Below are positions 23,093-36,366 of a DNA stretch of 64,000 nt, piece by piece. The stretch covers positions 4,260,759-4,324,758 of the forward strand of contig MU061814.1 of NCBI GenBank assembly GCA_013265495.1, in the 5' to 3' direction. The translations under genes and the position numbers were made by a program. Each line of letters starts with the position of its first letter. The stretch's first letter is position 1. The notes below the pieces were generated by a model. It did no database searches. It saw nothing but the letters and a program-made list of their open reading frames with translations, and was not told the DNA's origin. The DNA comes from Vicugna vicugna (Eukaryota).

Positions 23093-24974
23093 TGCAGTTT
23101 TTAAAATATGTTCATTTGACAGGCTGTACAGCAGGTACTTATTATAATTTTGCATCACATCAGGGAGGTTGAACGCTCTTCTCTGGCTGCTAATGTTACA
23201 TCAGCGTGTGACTGTCCCCCCACGGGTCCCGCCGCCGCTGCGATCCTGGCCTCACTCCAGTGGGCACCTCCCTCATCCGGTGTCTGTCCACTGCGTCCAT
23301 TCCTTCAACAATGTCACCTGCAAAGTGTGTTCTGCTTTTCCCACAAAGCACATCTGGATGGAACTTATGTATGTTTTCCAACATGGCCTATCCGACAAGT
23401 TCAATCTGACTTACAGACCACCTGATTTGTGCTGGAAAGTTATTGGGGAAGTCGCTGTCCAGGGACAGGAGGCTCGACACCAGGCTCTCCTCCCTGCATC
23501 GTGGGCTCGTCAGACCCCTCTTGTTCTCAGCAAGTCAGAATGCATCACAGCCCCCGTCGGACCCCAGCCTTCAGCCAGACAGAGCCTGGGTCCCTGCCAG
23601 GCCTCCAAGGGACCCACGTGGCCAGCGGTGCCTGGGGGTCGAGGGGAGAGGCCACTGCAGGGAGCCCGAGGATGGGGAGGCCACAGACCATCTGGTCCTC
23701 ACTCCATCCGACACTGGACACAGCTCTGTGCACCCGGCGGGCCTGCTGGAACCCGTGACTTGCCTGTCTTCTCCGGGAGCGTGACGTCTGCCCGTGGGGC
23801 TGAGTTCCCTCTGGAGGCGCAGGGTCAGCTCGGTTCTGGGGAGTGGCACAGGCAGCAATGATGGCCATCGGGGGTCGTGTCAGTGCCTCAGAGGTCTGGC
23901 TCCTCTCCTTGGGTGTCAGGTGCGATGAGGCTCGGGTGCTGCTCCCCCTTGCTGAGAGCGTGTCTGGGACTCTTACCCTCCATTCTGAAGAGCCTCCTTC
24001 CCATGCCGGAGTAAAGGTCGTCCTGCAGAACAAGGCCAGTCTGCCCCAGACGCCTCTTTTCAGATGGTTTCTGGACATCTCAGGCGACAGGACTGGCTCG
24101 TAGGTGAGAGGGAACCTGGGTTGGGGGAAGACTCCATGGCTTCTACCAGCAGGATCACATCTCCAGCCCTGTCAGTGGGGCCCTTTGTGACTCCAGGGGG
24201 CGGGTCTAGACTCCACTGAATGTGCCATCCTCAGCCCCTCTTCAGTGGGGACACTCACCCCTCAGAAAACAGAGGGCCACAGACCCCAGGGCTGAGGGAG
24301 GGTCTTAGGGCATGGCCCCAACCCCACTGGGAGCATCTCAGAGCACTGTCCCCTCCAGGGATACTGACCCAGTCCCACCAGGTGCCAGATCCGGGCTTGG
24401 CGGGGCCACAGCAGAGACGGTGAGCACGCCGACTGCAGCAGGGTTCCCCAGCACCCACTAAATGCCAGGCAATCTGGCTGCGTCTTGAGAACCTGGGGAG
24501 CCAAGGTTTCAAGGGTACAATGGTCATGTGTGTCTTTGAATAGACGCCTGTGTGAGCAGGTGGGGGGTGGGCGTGGGCGTGGATCCTCTGGAGCTTGCTG
24601 CAATTGCCCAGCTGAGAAACGGTGGCAGAGGAGACGGAGGAGGTGAGCAGGGCATTCCAAGAGGAGAGAAGTGGTCTGTGCATGTCAGGGGTCGGGGGTG
24701 TGGGGCATGGCCAGAGGAGCAAACCTGGATGGAGAGACATCTGTCCGCATGTTTCATACAGCTGGAGAAATACAAGGCTTTTGGTCACTTGGCCACACGT
24801 TTCTCAGGTTAAAGCTCTTGGACTCTCTGCCCTGGAAGGGATGGGAATCCATTGCCAGATCTTAAAAAAGACAGTTGACATGATCAGATCCAATGCTTAG
24901 AAAGCTCACCCTCTGGGCTGGGGGGTGGTGGGAGGTGATTTGGAAGGGGAGCATTTCTCCAGACTTCTGTAAAA

Positions 24975-25260
24975 ATGAATATGTCAAATCAGTTTCTTCG
25001 TCTTTACAATGATGATAAAAATAACTCATTTGGGGCTTGGGAGCATGTACAGTGAGCATCGTAATGTCTATCCGTCATAGTTTGCTTGGGCATCACGCCA
25101 AAGGCTTCACCTACAAAACTTCGTTTAATTTACTCTTCAAAACAATCTACAAGACAGAGTGATTGCCTGCCTTGCACGGAGGAGAATATTAAGTCTCAGC
25201 GAGTCTGAGTATTTGCCCGAGACCCTCCGGCTGCAAGGGCAGAGCTGGGCTGGGAAACCG
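24975..25260. mobile_element. Two degenerate MIR fragments in opposite orientation
   Basis: TCAGTTTCTTCGTCTTTACAATGATGATAA (+) and TTTAATTTACTCTTCAAAACAATC...GGCAGAGCTGGGCTGGGAA (-). Confidence 0.55.
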
Positions 25261-26904
25261 CCGTGGCTGACTTGGGAACATCAGCCTCTGAAACGTCCCG
25301 GGCCCTAAGACAAGGCTGACGACAGCTCGGAGGGTGAGCAGGCGCGCAGCCTCTCACAGGTGAGGCACTGGGATCAGAGAAACCAAGCAACTCTCCCGTG
25401 GCACCTCACTCGTGTAAGTCGGAGGGTCAGACGCCAGCGTCCCAGGTCTGAGGGGTGTTTTCACGGCCGTGCTTTCACCAGAGGCAAGACCTGCAGAGAT
25501 TTGGAAGAGGGCGGGCATTTTTATTGTAGAAGAAAAGGAAGACTCGGGTCACAGAATTCTATCAGCGAGTCAGGGAAGAATGGGACAGGTTTTTTTGTTT
25601 GTTTGTTTTCAGCTCCACAATTTCACAAAATAGCACAAGTCAGAGTGAGAGACGAGGCAGACCCGGGAGAGCACGGAGCTGGGGAAGGACGGCGAGCAGG
25701 GAGGACCGGCCGCTCCTGGAAGCTGGACCGTCTCTGTGTCCCTCGATGGCCCTGCTTGGATCGCGCCTGGAGCTGCTGAAGGCTTCCTGCCGTCAGTGAT
25801 GAGGAGTGAGTGATGCTGGAGGCGGCCACACCCTGAGCCGCCACCAGGTGCAAGGACACCGAAAGGGGACCCGTGACTCTTCACAGCGAGTCTCCCAGGC
25901 AGCTTCCCTCCCCACGGTCTCCTTGGTCTTGGCACTAGGCTATTTCAGACAATTGCTGTGAACCTCCGTATTTCCAGAAAAGCCAAAGCAATTTATTTGG
26001 GAGATGAATTCAAGCCCTTAAACAAACCACACAGAAAATTGTGACCGAGGCTGAAGTTCGAGGAGAGATGAAATGGCCGGTGGTGTTCTGTAAGTCTGGG
26101 GCTCTTTTACGTTCCAGCCGGCGAGGCGACTGAGCCCCCGCACCGCATCTCTGGAATCAGACCGCCCACCGCCCGTTCCCATCTCATCCCTCTTCTACGG
26201 AGCGGGGTGGGGGTGGCCCGGTCTCTGCAGAAACAATGAGCTCCCAGGTTACTTAACCCTCATTTCCCCTGAAGCACTGGCTCCAGAAACGAGCCCCCAC
26301 CCGCCCCGGCCGAAAGTCATCAGGAAAATGCTTTCCAGCTCTTTTGTTAAATTGTGGAGGTGAAAACAAACAAGCAAAAAAAACCTGTTCCATTCTGCCT
26401 CGACTCTTTGACACCATGAATTGCCAGCTACACGCCGCACATTCCGAACAACTTTCTTGGGGGGGGGGGCACTATGCTTCTGGTCCTCTTATCTTTACGA
26501 CACGGCCGAATTTCCGTAAAACCTGGAAAAGAAAAACATAGACCTTTTAATTGAACCATAAGGCATTTCCCTTAAAGAGCATTGCTCCAGCATTTTCCAT
26601 GAACATCTTGGCGGAATCTTCAAAGAGGCCAAAGCTTTTCCTTGAGTTTTACCTTAAATTAGCTTCGGAAATCCGTCTGCGGTGGGAGGAGGCGAGGCGG
26701 GGCCGCTCCCGTCCCCCGCGTGGCCGAGGGCAGCGCGTCCCGCCGGAGGTGCCGCACGCCGACCCGATGCGGGGCCGGGGTCTCAGGCTGCCCCTCCCTC
26801 TGGTCCTCAGTCCCGGTTCCCCCCATGACCACCGCAGCCCGAGAGGTAAGGGAACCCACGCCAACCCAGTGGCCTCCAGGCAGACTCTCGGCGGTTACGA
26901 GCTG

Positions 26905-27368
26905 CTGGTGAATTATTTTCCCGTGGCTGCTAGAACACATCACCACAAATTCAGCACAGATGTGTTCACTCACAATTCTGAAGCCAGAAAATCAAAACCA
27001 GTTGCCCCGGGGCTCAAATCAAGGCGTGGGCAAGGCTGGTTCCTTCCGGAAGCTCCAGAGAGGAATCTGTTCCCTTGCCTTTCCCAGCTTCCGTGAGCTG
27101 CCTGCATCCGGGGCTCCGTCCTCCATCACTGCGCCCTTGTGCCTCCCTCATCACACCTCTGACCACAGTGTCGCCGACCCTCCCACCACTCTCCTATGAA
27201 GACCCCGTGATTCCGTCGTTAGGCCAGCCCGGCTAGTCTGAGATAGTCTCCCATCCCGAGATCCTTAATCACAGGTGAAAACCCCTTTTGCCACAGAAGG
27301 TGACACGGCCACAGGGTCCACAGAGGAGGGTGTGCACGCCTGCGGGGACCGTGATCCAGCCTGTCACA
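26905..27368 (-). mobile_element. MaLR solo LTR (MLT1D-like)
   Basis: GTGGCTGCTAGAACACATCACCACAAATT, AATCAAGGCGTGGGCAAGGCTGGTTCCTTC, GAGATCCTTAATCACA, ending CAGCCTGTCACA. Confidence 0.88.
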
Positions 27369-27589
27369 AAGGGAACGCCGAAAGAGAGGTGGGGACAGCT
27401 TTCCACTTTTGTGTGTATTTCACTGTATCTCTCCTCTGTGCCCGGCTGCCTCCCTTACCTTGACTTACCCTTTCAGGACCTCATCTCATGAGCTGTGACT
27501 GGTGTCAGTTCTGTTCCTTGGGGTCCGTTGCAGACCTGATAAATACCACCCGCTGGTGCCTTTCAAGGTGCTGTGCTGTAGAACCTGGG

Positions 27590-28140
27590 GCGCTTGTTGG
27601 GGGGAGACACATAATCATGTAAATTAGCCTCTGCCCTGTAGGAACTTGCAGCCCCCTGGGAAGCCTAGACCCTCAGGGAAACAGGTAAGAACTCAGAGGA
27701 GCAGACGGCGTAATGGTGAGTGGTTCAGAGAAACCTTCCTTTGGGCAGGACCTCAGGGAAGGGGCAGCCAACAGTGACCAGAGAGGGCAGGGCTGGCACC
27801 TTGGAGAGAAATGACCTGGGCCAGTCCTGAAAGACATGGGAAGAGGGAGAACGTAAGGGTCTCCAGGAAGAACGCGGTGGGAAAGTCTTGGAGGCGAGAA
27901 TGAGTGTGGTTTCTTCTGGGTGCAGGGCAGACGTTGCTGGCGTGGAGCTCACCGTTCATTTGGAGATAGAAGGTGATTTCGGCCAAGTTGGGCAGGGTTG
28001 GATTTTGAAGAATCTGCATCCAACAGCAGGTGTTAGGACTTAATCCTATAATCAGGGAAGAGCTACGGATGGATTTCAGAGGGAAATTACGTGATAAAGT
28101 TGATGATCTGCCCATGTGAGGCATGATTGGAGAGGGCATC
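27590..28140 (-). mobile_element. Probable degenerate L2 fragment
   Basis: Purine-rich L2-like antisense texture (GAAAGACATGGGAAGAGGGAGAAC, GAAGAACGCGGTGGGAAAGTCTTGGAGGCGAGAATGAG); recognised only by style. Confidence 0.4.
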
Positions 28141-31100
28141 CTCACCGTGTAAAAGGGCGGGGCTCTGGGAAGCCAGGGGAACCCAGGCCTGGGGGGGTGG
28201 TGGTGGAGAGAAAGCACAGGTGGGAGGCAGCTCAGGGGAAGAGTCCAGGGTCAGGCTTCTGAATGGAAGTGGGCGGAGCATGCGAAGGGAAGATGGACAA
28301 GGCATCTCTGGCCCAAGGACAGACTTGGCAGAGCCAAGTGCTACGAAACCCTTGTCCTAGATTGCAGACCTGCACCGCTGACCTGGAGACAGCACCCAGC
28401 TTTCCTGTGGCCAACACACATTCATATGAGAGGTGTGCTTCACAATTTACCTGCAGAAGCCAGCGTTAAAAAAAACGGACATTAAACACAGTGTTTCTCA
28501 AGACTCCGTAGCGGCATCTGAGGTTCGTGTTCCTCTTCGTTTTGGAGACACAGGTGCCGGAAATTGAAATAATTTCACACTCTGGCGTTGGTGTCAAGAC
28601 AGGTTATTATTTCGATGATAAATACGAAATGTTACAACATGCCTTTTGTGTAGCAAGTGTCTCTGCCTGCCCTTTAAGAGGTCTTAGATTTAGTGTTGCA
28701 AGCACGTGTTCAAAGTAGGATTTGCCACATTTCTTGTTAGCATTCCCATGTGGGCAGTGCAGTCTGAACACTACCCTTTACACACACGCACAGGCACAAA
28801 TGCATGGACGGATTGAGGTTCCCGCTGTACCCATTCCCACGGAAAGATTTCAGATCAAGAATGAGATGCCAGACAGACAGAAGTCCTATGCCCACCTTAC
28901 AGACGTTGGAAATCGCCAAGTGTTCACGCAATTTCTTTACTGCAAAAACACTCTTTTCCTTGGTCTGTTTATACATAGTCTGGCTGCTTACTGACAGCAT
29001 CTCCATATTCTTGCCCGACTTTGACTCTTCCCGCTAGTCTTCTGGTTAATCAGAGGGTGGGGTGCAAGACGGCCAATACACAGGGATGGCCGGGGGTTGG
29101 TTGTAATCGATTAAAAAATTCGACCTGAATCAGTACTAGACTTTTCCTTATGTTTAATTAAGCCTAATTAAACAATGCCGGCTCCTCCCTGGCACCTGTG
29201 GTGCGATTATGTTAAATGTTTAATGCTGGTGAAGGGTTAGGCTGAGCTTCTAATCTGCAGCTCACCATCTGTCCCCTCTCTGGAGTGTTTGTTATTTAGT
29301 TCTGCTTTGGGATAATGAGTTACATTTCAAAGGAAATGGTGAGACCCTCCAGCACGGACGGGCCACGGCCTGGCGAATTGGAGCGGGAGGCGCCTCGGCG
29401 ACCTGACTTCTTCCACGTGCGGCCGGCTCTGCTGGACCACAGCGGTGGGATCCCGAGAAGAGAGGGACGAGAAAGCGAAGAGCGCCTCGGAGGCTTCTGG
29501 AGGTATTTTCCAGCCTCATGCTGCCTGTGATTGTGGACTTGGAGTGTGAGGACACCAGGTTCACATTGCGAACACCCCGGACACTCTGCATGGAGTTCAT
29601 AGCTGCGTTTCCCCATCCCCCATTTCCCCAGGGGCTGTTGGCCAGCTGTCCAGTGAAGAAACACACCTGTATGTTCTTACCCTCCTCCCCCCGCGGCCCC
29701 AGGACCCACACATCCATCCTCCTCTGGAAATAAAGCCACTCTACAAACCTGAGCACCTATTCCCAAGAGCTCCCTTCAAAGAAAAGGCCGTGGTTATTTC
29801 TGGAAGCAAAACTGCAAACGCTGAGTAAGGGTGTTCGTCAAATGTCAGACTTCTTCCTCCAAAGGAAAACCGGGCCCTCATTATTCATCTTGGCCTGAAA
29901 AGATTCTGAGAGAAGAAATTCAGTGTGTTCTTCGCACAGGCAACACTTGACAAAGAGACTCTTGAAACCTGAGGCTTTGTTTCATTTCTCTAATGATCCC
30001 TAATATTTTTAATATATTTAGGAACGCACGACAGATTTACGCAATTACGTTTTCAACTGGCAGAATCTGTGTAGTCAGTTTCTCAGGGTTTTTAAAGATC
30101 CTCCATCCTCGGCCGAGCACGGGGGGCAGGTTGACACTCCTGCGTATAACTTGGAAGGCAGCTCCAGGAGCCCCACTTGTTAAAGCAAATGGACTTTTTA
30201 ATATTAAATGAGCACAGCTGACACAAGTTCTGGTGGCGAAAGGATTGCCTTCAACGTTTTGGGGACAGAGATGAAAAATCCACTCTGCTCCTCGAAGCTG
30301 GACTCTAAGGCCCAAGGAGCGGCTCCTCCCTGCACCCCCACCAGGGTGGGGGGCGCGGAGCAGAAGGCCAGAGGGCACGCCCAGCAGGCAGGCACTGTCC
30401 AGGAGGTGCACGGGTGGCAGTGCGCCGCGGCAGGCCCACCCGGACACCTTCGGGATGTGGAAGTGGCCTTGTGCTCTGGAGTGGGGGGCAGCGGTGGATT
30501 TGACACGTGCCTCCGTGGGACACCCCAGTCTTGTAGGTATGCACCCCAAGTGAAAACAGGGCGGGGCCCTGTCCACGGCGGCCAAAATTAGGAACCAGCT
30601 CCCTGCCACCTGTTGAGATGGCCAAGTCATGTGTACTCAGGAGCGTCACCGGATTTTCAAAAGTAACTTTACGCTGATGTAAGATTAATCGGGTGCTCAT
30701 TATAAAATCCACACGGCACCTTATTAAACACCTCCTGTCGCTGGAAGCACAAGGCAGAGGCTCCTTACGCTGAGGCTGTGTTGCCCTCTAGTGAGAGAGG
30801 TCAGCATGATGCATGCAAAATTATCTTGATCGCTGCATAATTAATGTTTATGGAGGGAGGCAGGGAGAGAAGAACCCAGCCCCAGCCTGTTCGGGACCGC
30901 TAAGCATTTCTAGATCTACACATACAGGTATATACACAGGCACGTGTGTGAGTGTCCCCGCCCCCCTAAGCAGCCCCCCAGCCCTTACCTTGACTTAGCG
31001 TATGGAAGCCGTTTCTCCTTCCCTGTCACTTTTGTTTCTCGGCATGGAAGTTTCATTTTATATGGCCATCAACAGGCAAAGATCCAAGCCTAAAGAATAA

Positions 31101-33244
31101 ATCAGCAGCGCTGATCAGAGACACAGAGCTTTAATGCATAAGTATATATTTAATGTGTCTGCTGAAAGAATGTCTAATTACCCTGTCACTGAACAAAGCA
31201 CATGTTCAACTGTGATAAATTATGCCATCCTTTACTTCTGCAAAACATATTGAGATTGAGGAAGACTGCAGCAAAATCACAAAGCCATCCATCCACGGGA
31301 GCAAGCTGGCACCCAGACCATCTCGGGGGCAGAGGGCGGGGCAGGGCTGAGCCCCGGGCAACGCCCCAGAGGCTTCCCTTCAAACCCAGGCTGGCCAGGC
31401 TCCCGCACGTGGGTGGCAAGAAGCAAGTCCTCTCCAAGTGGCGTCTCCCTGAAGACCTGCCGCTCCTCTCTTGGCCTTTTATGGTGTCCACACTCCGCCC
31501 TTCTGAACTCCACCTCAACCGGCTGGGTCCCGATACCCAAAGAGAAACAGCGTACGTTTCGGGAAAAGGAAAGGCAGCACCTGAGCCTCCAGCTTGTCTA
31601 TAGTGATGCCTCTTCCCACGTGAGGCTGCAGAACTCAGACACGGGTGCCGAGCCCCTACAAACGTGCCCTCGAGGGGTGGTGGACGTAAGGCCGCATCGT
31701 GCCCCGCTGAGCTGCACCAGGCAGACTGGTTGGATTTGGGGAGGGGATAACGTGCGGGTAACGTGGGTTATGAGAAACGAATCGAAGTGCAGCTCCCTGG
31801 CGGATCTAGACCACCGTGGGCAGGGCTGAGGCTCCGACGGCAACATCTGAGGAATGCTCTAGAACCAGTGACTCAGCAGCCCCTCCGGACAGTGATGCCA
31901 AGCAGGTGCTTCCTGCCAGTGTCCGTCCAACATGGATGCGGTTCACCCAGTAGCTCGCTCCCCGTGCACGCCTGCCCTTGTCACCCCCGCCTCCTCCGCC
32001 GAGTCTTGCTTCTGACGCTTCCTCCCCCAGACGCTGTTCTGGTCGTCACAGTTCCCGGCCTCTCCGTCAGCCCGAGAGAGAGCTGAGCTGAGTGCCCGGA
32101 ACTCAGCGTGTCTCATGCAGCGTCAGAGCAGGAGCCACGCCGTGCTCCGCGACCTGCAGTGCTCGGTCCCACGGACGCAGAAGAATCGGATCTCTGTTTA
32201 TGTCAGCAAGAGACACGACCAGCCAGGGAGAGAGAAAACGGACTCATCCTGCCTTGGTGCCTGCTCCTTTCCTGAGAGAGTGAGGGCCCCGCGTAGCGGC
32301 CCGTTTCCTCAATGGCCATTATATTTTTTTTTCTTTGATTACCTCTGTAATGGTATTCTTTTATTTACCAACGTAGAAGAGAAGGCTTTACCGTGCTGCC
32401 TCCATCATGTGTGAAATATAGAGCCAGTAACATGGGTCCTTTTATTTGCTTTATGGAAATTGTGATCTTAGACTGCACATGAAAAATAGAGATAAAATCT
32501 ATTTCTGACACCGTATTGGCTCTAAAGTGTCGAAGTCTTCTTATTGCTTTAGGAGAGGTGTTTCCTTGTTCATCTTTCTCGGTTTATTTTCAAAGGCGGC
32601 TGTCTCCTGTCAGGACGCTGCTTCCGCGCACCACCAGGCTCTCCCTGCTGCTTCTGGGCTTCCACCAGGGCCTCCCAAGATGGCTGAGACGGGCAAGCCT
32701 GGGAACCCAGGCCAGCTGGATGGCAGGCCAGAGGCACGGCGCGCCACGTGGGCAGCCATGGGCCACGTGCATGCAGGCTCATGCGCGTTGAGCCCTTTTT
32801 AGTAATTTTCAGTGAGAACTGAGCGGCACCCCGATGCTTAGAATGTTGAGACATCGAGAGACATGCTCACAGCTGTGCTTTCAAAGGAGCACTTAGAGTC
32901 CGGAGTGATTCGGCCAGAACTGAGTCGCCCGAGCTGGCTACGAGGAAGCTCCGAGTTGCACGTCCCTCTGCTCTGGGAAGCAAGACGCACCTGCAGGGCG
33001 AGGCTCTGCTCCGGCGAAACGGACTGAGTGGGAGTGCGACCAAACTGCACTCAAGCAAGGCGGGGTTGAGCCGGAGGCGCCCGCCGTCTCTCCTCAACCC
33101 CCGTCTCCGGAGTGCACGGCTGCCCCGGCTTCCCGAGGGGAGGAAAGGGCCGAGAAGACCTCCCACCAGAGGGGCCAGAGCTTGCACGTGCTGATGTGAA
33201 ACGGGGCTCCCCTGTGGGAAACTCACTTCTTTCTCAAAAGTATT

Positions 33245-33345
33245 TTGTTTGTATGCAGTGTTAAAGGTTACTTTCCATTTACAGTTATTAGAAACCATTG
33301 GCCACATCCCCCGTGTGTGCAATGCACCCTCGAGCCTCGAGCCTG
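33245..33345 (-). mobile_element. Short L1 3'-UTR fragment
   Basis: AAAGGTTACTTTCCATTTACAGTTATTAGAAACCATTGGCCACATCCCCCGTG resembles a cetartiodactyl L1 3' UTR in reverse. Confidence 0.5.
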
Positions 33346-35947
33346 TCTTACGCCCGGTGGTCTGTGCCTCCTGCTCCCCGCCCCCCCAGCCGGCCCCCCT
33401 GCCCCCACAACCGCGAGCTCGTCCTCTCCATCCGCGACGCGGCCTCCTTTACGGAAGCTCACTTCTCGTCGCGTCAAGTCTCGTGCGGGTTCCCGGCCGT
33501 GCTGTAAGCGTCCAGGCTGGGGTCTGACCGCGCCCTGCCTTCCCCAGGGCCCGGTGCTCCGGGAACACAGCCTCCTCCGATGCCACACGGCGAGGACACC
33601 TCTCAGAGCCCTGACGGTGGTGTCGGAGGTCACGGGCTGCAGCTGGAGACGCCCCCTTTCTTCTGAGATGGATGAATTGAGATTTAGAAAAACGATGAAA
33701 TAGTGACTCTGGAAAAGCCATCGTGAGAGACCCTGGGTCTCCAAGTCTCTCCCGGCTGTGCGGGGGCCCCCACCCCGCCCTGGGCCCTGTGGGGCACACC
33801 AGCTCTGCCACTCTCGTGGTGGCTGTCGGACGGGGCGGACACTGCTGCTGCCGTGGGGAGGCCCCAGAGCCCGATTCTCACATCAGGGGTCGAGGACAGC
33901 AGCCCCGCGATGAGGGGACCACCTGCACCCTGAATACTCGCGTATCAAAAGCCACTGCGCAGGCCACGGCTGGGCTCGGCGAGGCGCCCTGCATCTCATC
34001 ACAGCCGGCACCACCTTAGCGATCACTGTCCAGCAGAGCCACTCAGCCAGGAAGGCGTAGCCCCCCATCGGCAGTTACTTGAGGCACCGCCCTTCCCGCC
34101 CACCTCTGCCAGAGGGAAGGAGAAGGCGTCCGGTGCTCTTCAAGAGAAGGATGTCCCTGGATCAGAGCTCCCAGCGCCCAGTCCGTTAATAGAACAACCG
34201 GACAGCATTTTTAGCCTCGAATAATCACAGTAAACTGCGCCTGGCATTTTTCACTCATTGAGTCATATTCATAGAATTGCATTTACATTTTCTGTGCAAT
34301 AAATCAAAGGCAAGATACCACTGTTTCTAATTCATCTTGCAGACGGCTCTGGTGATATCTTGCCACTGTGAATATTTCTAATATTTCTTGAAAGTCCTAA
34401 GATAAACGGATCCTGAATGTTGAACGTGGCGGTTATCTTCATCCTGCAAACTTTTATTTCAGGAAAGGTGCTTTTCTTTTCTTTCCAGTTTCTAAAGGAA
34501 GTAATACACAAATTATGTCAAGCAAGCATTAACTGTCAACATTAAAATATTGACTTTGCTCAAACCCTGTCTTACAAAGAGAAAACATTAACAATTGAGA
34601 TCATAAGAAGATCCCGTGCACCAAGCATCTGAATTATGAATCAAAAGATAAAAACGTGGGTGTTTTTTCCTTTTCTGCAATCAGCAAAGAACAGGATACT
34701 ACAAGCCCGAGCGAAAATAAGTGTTTGTGCTCCTGAAGCATTTTACCTGTTTATTCAGCAAAATGAACGCACCCCTGAGTGCAGCACATGGAACACGGCC
34801 GGCAAGGAGCGACCCGTCGGTTGCCCGATAACAACTGGAAATGTAGTAACTTGCCGTTCATTTGTCCTCTGCTACTCCAGGACTTGTGCTGCAGGTGAGC
34901 TTTGGCTTTAAAAAAAAAATGTCTTTATAATCTCTATGAGGAAAATTCGATTTAGTAGACAAACCTCAGTACAAATCTAATCACCGGGGACACCCACGAC
35001 CTGTGTAAGAGCACACGCTGCTTCTAAGCAGGATGGAGACATTCTCTCCCTACAAATTCTTATTATATACTCACTGCGAACCATATTAACCTGTGTTTAA
35101 TTTCTATTATGAGTAATATGGCTTCTTATAATAAGAAGCCAGTCCCAAGGCGCATAAAGTAAAGCGTGAGCTTGTCTTGGATTGCACGTCTCCGCGGGTG
35201 GAGACGGCTCACCGCCGTCCCCGCCTGTTTTTACAACGTGGGTCCCAGTGAGCACTTCCCTACGGCTGAATTCAAGTGGAGGTCAACTCGGGGGTAATAC
35301 AGCTGTTTGTAAATAAACAGAACTTCCCATAAACGTGGAGGCTGGCATCCACCTAAACATGCCCATGGACGGTGTCTTTCATCTCAGCGACGTCGCTGGG
35401 TCTCGCTGCGAGGGGGTGAGTTCGGGAGACTTTGCTCTGCGTTTTCTGCTCACTCTCTTAGAATGCACATGTGCCCTTGACCCCAAGGCAGAGCCAAACG
35501 GGAAGCCGCCTGGAGAGCAGGTGAAGCCCAGACTGAGGAGAGCTTAGGTTCCCTGAGAGGATGAGGAAGAGGCAGTGCCTTTGAAAGTGAGGAAGCAGAG
35601 GTGGCTGGAGGATGCAGATGAAGGTGAAGGTGCAGGTCCTGAGGGGTCAGGGGTCCGGGTCCTGCCCTCGCACGGGATATAGCCCCAGGGATGCCCCCTG
35701 GGAGGCTGGTGTCCAGAGGTGGGGCTTCCAACGCCAGCCGAGATTTACAGCCTGAGCTTGGGTGGAAGCTTCAGAGAGGCCCCTTCAAGGAACCGAGGCC
35801 CCTGGACAGTGACCGGTGAAGGCCAGGTCGGGAGGTGGCTCCCCAGATTTGGACCCTGCAACCCCACCCGCACACACACCTTAGCACTGACCTGGGGTGG
35901 GGTGGACTCTCTCAGTGATGCCATTGGATCACCTACCTTGGGGGCTT

Positions 35948-36366
35948 GTGTTTGTCAAGGTTCCCTGAAGAAACAGACCAATAAAACGCATAGTGCATGA
36001 GAGAGATTTATTATAGAGAATTGGCTCCCATGATTATGGAGGTTGGAAGGTCCCCAGATTTGCAGTCAATGAGCTGGAGACCCAAGAGGAGTGGAAGTTT
36101 CAGTGCAAGTCTGGAGGCAGGAAAGGACCGGCATCCCAGCTCAGCAGTCAGGCAGACAGTGGTCCTCTTACTCAGCCTCTCTGCTTTATTCAGGCCTTCA
36201 ACTGATGGGACGAGACCCACCCTCATGGGGAAGGGCAATCTGCTCTCTTCAGCTCACCCATCCAGACATGCATCTCAGCCAAAAACACCCTCGCAGACAC
36301 CCAGAATAACGTTTGACCACTTATCTGGGCATTTCATCCAACCAACACCTAAAATTCACCACTACA
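35948..36366 (-). mobile_element. ERVL solo LTR (MLT2-like)
   Basis: GAAACAGACCAATA...GAGAGATTTATTATAGAGAATTGGCTC, TATTCAGGCCTTCAACTGAT, GAAGGGCAATCTGCT, ending AAAATTCACCACTACA. Confidence 0.88.
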
